Below are positions 58,680 through 64,000 of a stretch of DNA of 64,000 nt, piece after piece. The DNA is taken from assembly GCA_900617105.1 (NCBI GenBank), contig UYFQ01000001.1, forward strand, positions 620,001-684,000. Reading direction: 5' to 3'. The stretch comes from Hydrurus foetidus (Eukaryota). The notes under the pieces were generated by a model. The model ran no database searches. It saw only the letters and a program-made list of their open reading frames with translations, and was not told the DNA's origin. Numbering within the stretch: the stretch's first letter is position 1; the number at the start of each line of letters is the position of its first letter. A program made the position numbers and the translations under genes.

Positions 58680-58799
58680 CCCCCGATAGCGCACTTTGGT
58701 AAAGCCCCACAGCTTATTGACCACGCCAAAGACGTGTTCCACCCGTGCACGTATCTTGGACTTGTTGCGGTTCTTGCTGCGGATGCCTTCAGTCAGCTT
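58680..58799 (-). mobile_element. IS5-family transposase C-terminal fragment
   Basis: RSKNRNKSKIRARVEHVFGVVNKLWGFTKVRYRG. Confidence 0.8.
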
Positions 58800-58992
58800 G
58801 GAATCATTGGTACACAGTAATCACGGTGGCAACGTTCTTGGCATTTTTGAGCATTGGCACCGATGGTCAAAGCTGTGTATGTCAGGTACTGCTCGGCTGT
58901 GTGATTCCACAGAAAAGGTCAAGCGCTACAGCCAGTTGGTGCAGGCGATGCAGCAGGAAATCGACCACCTGATGCCGACCTGAACACCGATG

Positions 58993-59421
58993 TCAGGCTG
59001 CCGCCAACGCCGACGCAGGCAGGCCAAACACCCGGTCAAACGCCCAGTTAAAGACGAAGGTGTAGACCAGAAAAAACAGCAGCAGCCCCAGGTCCATCCA
59101 CAGGGCGTGCAGCCAGGTCACGTCAAGCCACCATGCCATCAGCGGCACAAAAGTCAACATCAGGCCACCTTCAAAACCCAGGGCATGCGCCACCCGTCGC
59201 GCAAAGCTGCGGCCCCGCACGGCCTGGCCCGCCTCCCAGCGCTCGAACAAGGTGTTGAACACCAGGTTCCAGACGATGGCGATGGCCGATGTCGCCACCG
59301 CCAAGATGCCCGCATCCTGTATACCCTGGCCGGACATCCCGGCAAGCCCCAGCGTAGCGGCCACGATGGCAATGGCTTCGTACAGGCTGACGTAAACAAA
59401 CTTTCTCTTCATTCCTTGCAT
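58993..59421 (-). CDS. PACE (AceI-family) efflux transporter
   Basis: Two BTP repeats: RKFVYVSLYE...WNLVFNTLFE and RRVAHALGFEGG...YTFVFNWAFD. Confidence 0.9.
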   Translation of the reverse strand: MQGMKRKFVYVSLYEAIAIVAATLGLAGMSGQGIQDAGILAVATSAIAIVWNLVFNTLFERWEAGQAVRGRSFARRVAHALGFEGGLMLTFVPLMAWWLDVTWLHALWMDLGLLLFFLVYTFVFNWAFDRVFGLPASALAAA

Positions 59422-59517
59422 GGCGCGGATCCTGGTGGGGGTGGTCATGGACGGACTTTATGTCTTAAACTCTGATACTTAAAGTCAGCTTGTTTCAGAT
59501 TAATTGATAGATAACCC

Positions 59518-60429
59518 ATGGCATTCACCTCCGAAACCGTGCAGGTGTTTCTGGCCGTGCTGGACCAGGGTTCGTTCTCGGCCGCCGCGCGGGCGCTGGG
59601 GCGGGTGCCCTCGGCGGTGAGCATGGCCATCGCCCACCTGGAAGCCGAGCTGAACCTGCCGCTGTTTGACCGCCGTGGCCGCGAGCCCCAGCCCACGGCA
59701 GCGGCCCGCTCGCTGGAGCCGCAGGCCCGGCTGTTGGCCGCCCAGTTGCAGCAACTCAAGGCCCAGGCGCTGGCCCTTACCCAGGGCCTGGAAAGCCGTC
59801 TCACCCTGGCCATCGCCTCCGAGCTGCTGGCCGCAGAGTGGCGCAGCCCGCTGGCCACGCTGGCGCAGGAATACCCCTTGCTGGAAGTGGAGGTGCTGGC
59901 CGCGCCCCAGGCCGACGCGCTGGCCATGTTGCACGCGGGCCGGGCTAATCTGGCGTTGGTGTTCGAGCGGCCCAGCCTGGATGGCCGCGAGGGCTTTCAG
60001 GAGGTGAGCAGCGAAATTCTGGTGGCAGTGATGGCCCCCGCCCTGCTGACCCAGACCCTGCAGCGGGGTGCAGGCCTGCGCGAAGAGCAACTCACCAACA
60101 CCCGCCAGATCGTGGTGGCCAGCCGCGACCTGGCCGCAATCGACACCCGCTTTGCCTACGCCCGCCACTGCTGGCGCACCGACAACCACATCGCCGCGCT
60201 GGGGCTGATCGAGACCGGTATCGGCTGGGGCTGGCTGCCGCAGTCTTTCGTGCGCAGCCAGATCGCTGCAGGCACGCTGGTGCAAATGCCGTTCGAGAAT
60301 CTGACCAACCGGCTGGAGCTGTGGGTGGACTTGGTCTGGTCCAAGGAGCGGCCGCTGGGCCTGGCCGCGCGGCGCTTCATCGCCCTGGTCAGCGCCGGGC
60401 GCGCGGCCCGCCAGGCGGCGGAAAATTAA
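59518..60429 (+). CDS. LysR-family regulator divergent from the PACE gene (AceR-like)
   Basis: GSFSAAARALGRVPSAVSMAIAHLEAEL.LFDR. Confidence 0.92.
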   Translation: MAFTSETVQVFLAVLDQGSFSAAARALGRVPSAVSMAIAHLEAELNLPLFDRRGREPQPTAAARSLEPQARLLAAQLQQLKAQALALTQGLESRLTLAIASELLAAEWRSPLATLAQEYPLLEVEVLAAPQADALAMLHAGRANLALVFERPSLDGREGFQEVSSEILVAVMAPALLTQTLQRGAGLREEQLTNTRQIVVASRDLAAIDTRFAYARHCWRTDNHIAALGLIETGIGWGWLPQSFVRSQIAAGTLVQMPFENLTNRLELWVDLVWSKERPLGLAARRFIALVSAGRAARQAAEN

Positions 60430-60433
60430 TAAT

Positions 60434-60487
60434 AAATCGGGCTCTAACGCTTAATTCATAAGCGCGAGCAGCTATTAACTCTGTAGC
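60434..60487 (+). repeat. Dispersed ~54-bp element, intergenic (most regular copy)
   Basis: AAATCGGGCTCTAA-CGCTTA-attca-TAAGCG-CGAGCA-GCTATTAACTCTGTAGC. Confidence 0.88.
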
Positions 60488-60655
60488 GGCTGAATTTTTT
60501 CCCAAGCGCCATTGTGTTGCGAGGCAAACAGCACGTCGATGATGCGCATGTTCTGGATTGAACTTGCCCCTCAAAACTGTAGTTCTTAAGCCTTGTTCAA
60601 AAGACGCACAAGGAGTTAGGAAATGTCAGACAAACAAGTACGCGGGAAATACACG

Positions 60656-62828
60656 CTACGAAGAGTCAGGGTTTTTGTGCGTCACTTCCAGCGCGGCCAG
60701 ACAGGCTTCAAAATCAAACGCCTGGGCCGCCAGCACCAATGCGCCGTAGCGCTCACCCAGCAGGGGGCGCAGCAAAACTTCATGCTGTTCAATGCGGGCC
60801 ACCGCTTCAGCGTCGTTGTTGAGCAGAAGCGCTCGCAAGTCAGCAAGCAATGTGCTGGGGTCTAATGCATCGGCAACTGGCACGGCGATTGCCCCCGTGT
60901 CTGGGCTCAGTGGCCACTGGGCTCGAATCGCTTTCGACAGTTCGTCGGCCCCCCTTTGGCAGGCCGTCAGGTCAGCCGCCTGGCCTTGGCGCAAGGCAGC
61001 CTCCAACTGGGCGGCGAGCGCAGCGACGCTGTCCATGCCTAGATTGCCCGCCGTTCCCTTGAGCGTATGCGCCAGCCGCTCAGCCAGGGGCCAGTCTTTG
61101 TTTTGCATGGCGGCGCCGAGGTCGGCAAAGCTTTGCGCCTGGGTATCGATGAACTTACGCACAAGCTTGAGGTACAGCGCCTGGTTTCCTGCCACCCGAC
61201 GCAAGGCTGCTGCCGCGTTGAGTCCCGGAACCGTGAACAAATCGGTGTCATGTCGCTGCACAAGGGGCTGAACGAGCAGGGTAGGCGAAGTTTCGGCCAC
61301 CGCCGCCACGTCCCGCGCACGCGCTGGCAACCAGCGCAGCAGCACGCGCCACAGCTCATCCGGGTCTATCGGTTTGGCCACGTAATCGTTCATCCCGGCC
61401 TCGGTGCAGCGATCGCGGTCTTGTTGCATGGCATTGGCCGTCATCGCGACGACAGGCAATTGCGCGTAGGTGGGCAGTGCCCGAATCGCCCTTGTGGCAG
61501 CCAGACCATCCATGACGGGCATCAGCATGTCCATCAGCACCAGGTCATAGGTTTCGGCTTGCACCATGGCAACGGCAATTTCTCCGTTGTCGGCAATGGC
61601 TACACAAAAGCCTGCCGCCTCCAAGAGCTCGCTGGCCACTTGCTGGTTCAGTTCATTGTCCTCAACCAGGAGCAGGCGCCGCCCTTTGATGCGTTGCACG
61701 CTTTGCTCTAGCAGTGTCGCCGCAGGGATGTAGCGCTGGGCGCTTTGCGGAGGCCCTTCGCGTCGCTCGCCCAGGGTTTGCATCAGGCTGTCAAACAAAA
61801 GTGATGGGTTGACTGGTTTGATCAAGACCTCGTGTATCCCGCTGGCATGCGCCTGGCTCATGACATCTTCACGGCCATAGGCCGTCACCAGCAATTGCCG
61901 TGGGGGTGCCTTTAGCCCCATGTCGCGGGCCTGGCGCGCCGCCTGCAAGCCGTCCATGCCAGGCATTTGCCAATCCCACAAGACGACCCGGTAGGGTTGG
62001 ACGCCGTCCGCCTGCGCGCGAATGGCCTCCAGGCCTTGGTCACCGCTGTCGGCCTCGTCCACCACGAAGCCCATATTGCTCAGATGGTCGACGAGCACGG
62101 TGCGGGCATGGGCGTTGTCGTCCACCACCAGCAGCCGAAGCCCGAGCAGATGGGGTTCGGGTAGTAAGCGGCGCGCTACTTGTTGTCCCATCCCCAACCT
62201 GGCTGTGAACCAAAAAGTTGCGCCCTGACCCAGCTCGCTTTCCACGCCAACCTCGCCGCCCATGATGTGGGCCAAGCTCTTGGCGATGGCCAACCCAAGG
62301 CCCGTGCCGCCAAACTTTCGGCTGGTGGAGTTGTCTGCCTGGTTGAAGCTCTGAAACAGTTTGCCGATTTGTTCTTCGGTCAAGCCCATGCCGGTGTCAG
62401 ACACCTCGAACCGCAGCAAAACTTCTGGGGCTGTGCAGGGCAGGCTGAAAACCCTCAGGCTGATTTCGCCCGTTTCGGTGAACTTAACGGCGTTGTTGGC
62501 GTAGTTGATCAGAATTTGCCCTAAACGCAGAGGGTCGCCCAGCAGGTGTATAGGCACGTTGGGGCCAATGTCATGAATCAACTCCAGGCCTTTGGCTGCG
62601 GCTTTGTCGCTGACCATGTTGGTCACCATGTCGAGCACCTGGGTTAACTCAAAGTCTATGTGTTCGACCTCAAGCTTGCCCGCTTCGATTTTGGAGAAGT
62701 CAAGTATGTCGTTGATGATGCCCAGCAAGTGTCGCCCCGACTGGCTGATCTTCTTCACGTAATCGCGCTGTTTCGGGTTCAAATCAGTCTTCAGCGCCAG
62801 GCTACTTAAGCCAATGATGGCATTCATG

Positions 62829-62863
<35 letters not shown>

Positions 62864-63943
62864 ATCGGTTTTGGCTTGGGTTGCTGCCTCTGCTTGCACC
62901 TTGGCCAGGCGCAAATCGTCCATCATTTTTCGCTGCTCGGTGATGTCTTCCACCGTCCAAAGATTGCCTTTTCGCAGATCGTCGACATCCACCGCGCAGC
63001 CGCGCAAGCTGCCCCAAAACCAGCTGCCATCGAGGCGGCGAAGTTGTGCCTCAAAAGCATACACACCGCCCTTGCTGATGTGCGCGCGGATGTCCTGGAT
63101 GCGTGCTTGTCCGGCTTCTGCGTCAAGGTACATCGCCTCAGACGTACGCCCGATCAGGGTGCCACTTGGCGCATGCATCATCGCGTCAAAAGCGTTGTTC
63201 GTGCGCACTATGGCGCTGTCTTTGTAATGAATAATGCCCACCGTTGTGGCATTGAAGATGGCTTGCTGCTCGTCCAGTACCGCCTGAACTTGCAATTCCA
63301 TTGCCTTTCGATCAGTGATGTCTTCGTAGTAGCCAGTGGCCACATACGCCTGGTCGCTTCCGTGGTTAGCGGTTTTGCTGACAGAGCGAAACCACCGCGT
63401 TTTCCCGTCTTTGACGATGCGGGCTTCGATCGAAAATTCCGGCAGAAAATTGGGGTTGGCCTGTCGCTTTTGGAACAGCTCATTCAGCTTTTCCTGGATG
63501 ACTTGCAAATCATCGGCAGGCACATTGCGCCACCGGGTCGCCGGATCACGCAGAATCTCTTCCCGACTCACGCCCAGGACGGCTTCGACTTGCTCGCTCA
63601 AAAATCGGTAGCCCACAATCTTTCCACCATCCGACCTAATTTGGTAAGTGGCCAGTGGCAGAGCACGGTCCATGTCCTCAATCATGTGCGCCGCCTGCGT
63701 GGCCGCCTCCCGGTCAAGCGCAGACTGCTGACGCTGTACCTGCAATTCTTGCGTCAAGGCCTGGTTCGTGCGCAGCAGTCTGGTGCTCGTACAGTGACCG
63801 TGCCAGGCGAGTATTCCCAGTACAAGTAAAAGTCCGGACAGACTGACAATCAACAACACTGCTTCAATCCAATTGGTATTGGGCGGGATCGCCCAACGCA
63901 CATTATGGAAACATTGCGCACCGATATCGACTGAGGCGAACAA
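60656..63943 (-). CDS. Hybrid sensor histidine kinase (TM-PAS-PAS-HisKA-HATPase-REC-REC-Hpt); start uncertain
   Basis: [54 protein letters not shown]. Confidence 0.93.
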
Positions 63944-64000
63944 TGGCCCCCAATGTGCAATGGTCTAAGCCAGCTTGCGCTTTTGTTTCAAAGCAGCGTC

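Noticed and set aside
58800..58983. Coding-like tail (EKVKRYSQLVQAMQQEIDHLMPT*)
   Set aside because: May be a 3' gene remnant, but I cannot identify it without a search.
1..64000. CRISPR array, tRNA, rRNA, prophage, integrase or defence-system genes
   Set aside because: None recognised by eye. The ~54-bp element is dispersed, not arrayed with spacers.

Overview
Chromosomal window from a betaproteobacterium; gene content and protein motifs suggest Comamonadaceae (inference). 1-37.3 kb is mostly core-like: a partial MocR regulator, a CHASE-GGDEF cyclase, maiA-pgeF, phaC(frameshifted)-phaA-phaB, a carboxypeptidase G2-like peptidase, a D-amino acid dehydrogenase, an amidase, the rpsB-tsf-pyrH-frr-uppS-cdsA-dxr-rseP-bamA-skp-lpxD-fabZ-lpxA-lpxB-rnhB-trmH cluster, a PQQ-alcohol-dehydrogenase accessory cluster with no dehydrogenase in the window, and the SRP RNA gene ffs. 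37.4-58.8 kb is a mosaic accessory region bounded by IS scars. It holds a disrupted Tat-amidohydrolase/YtkA-like/di-heme peroxidase trio, an IS5 with intact ends, an aromatic ring-cleavage operon with exported members, a glucose-type ABC importer and a TRAP/FAH/FAD-oxidase operon. A PACE efflux pump with its LysR and a hybrid histidine kinase end the window. The most striking unexplained signal is a ~54-bp dispersed element, GC-N11-GC-N7-GCTAT-N7-RTAGY. It has 10 full copies plus one core-only copy; six full copies lie in-frame inside genes including dxr and lpxB, and I found none in the two foreign-looking blocks. Several frameshifts resemble sequencing errors, so some pseudogene calls are provisional.
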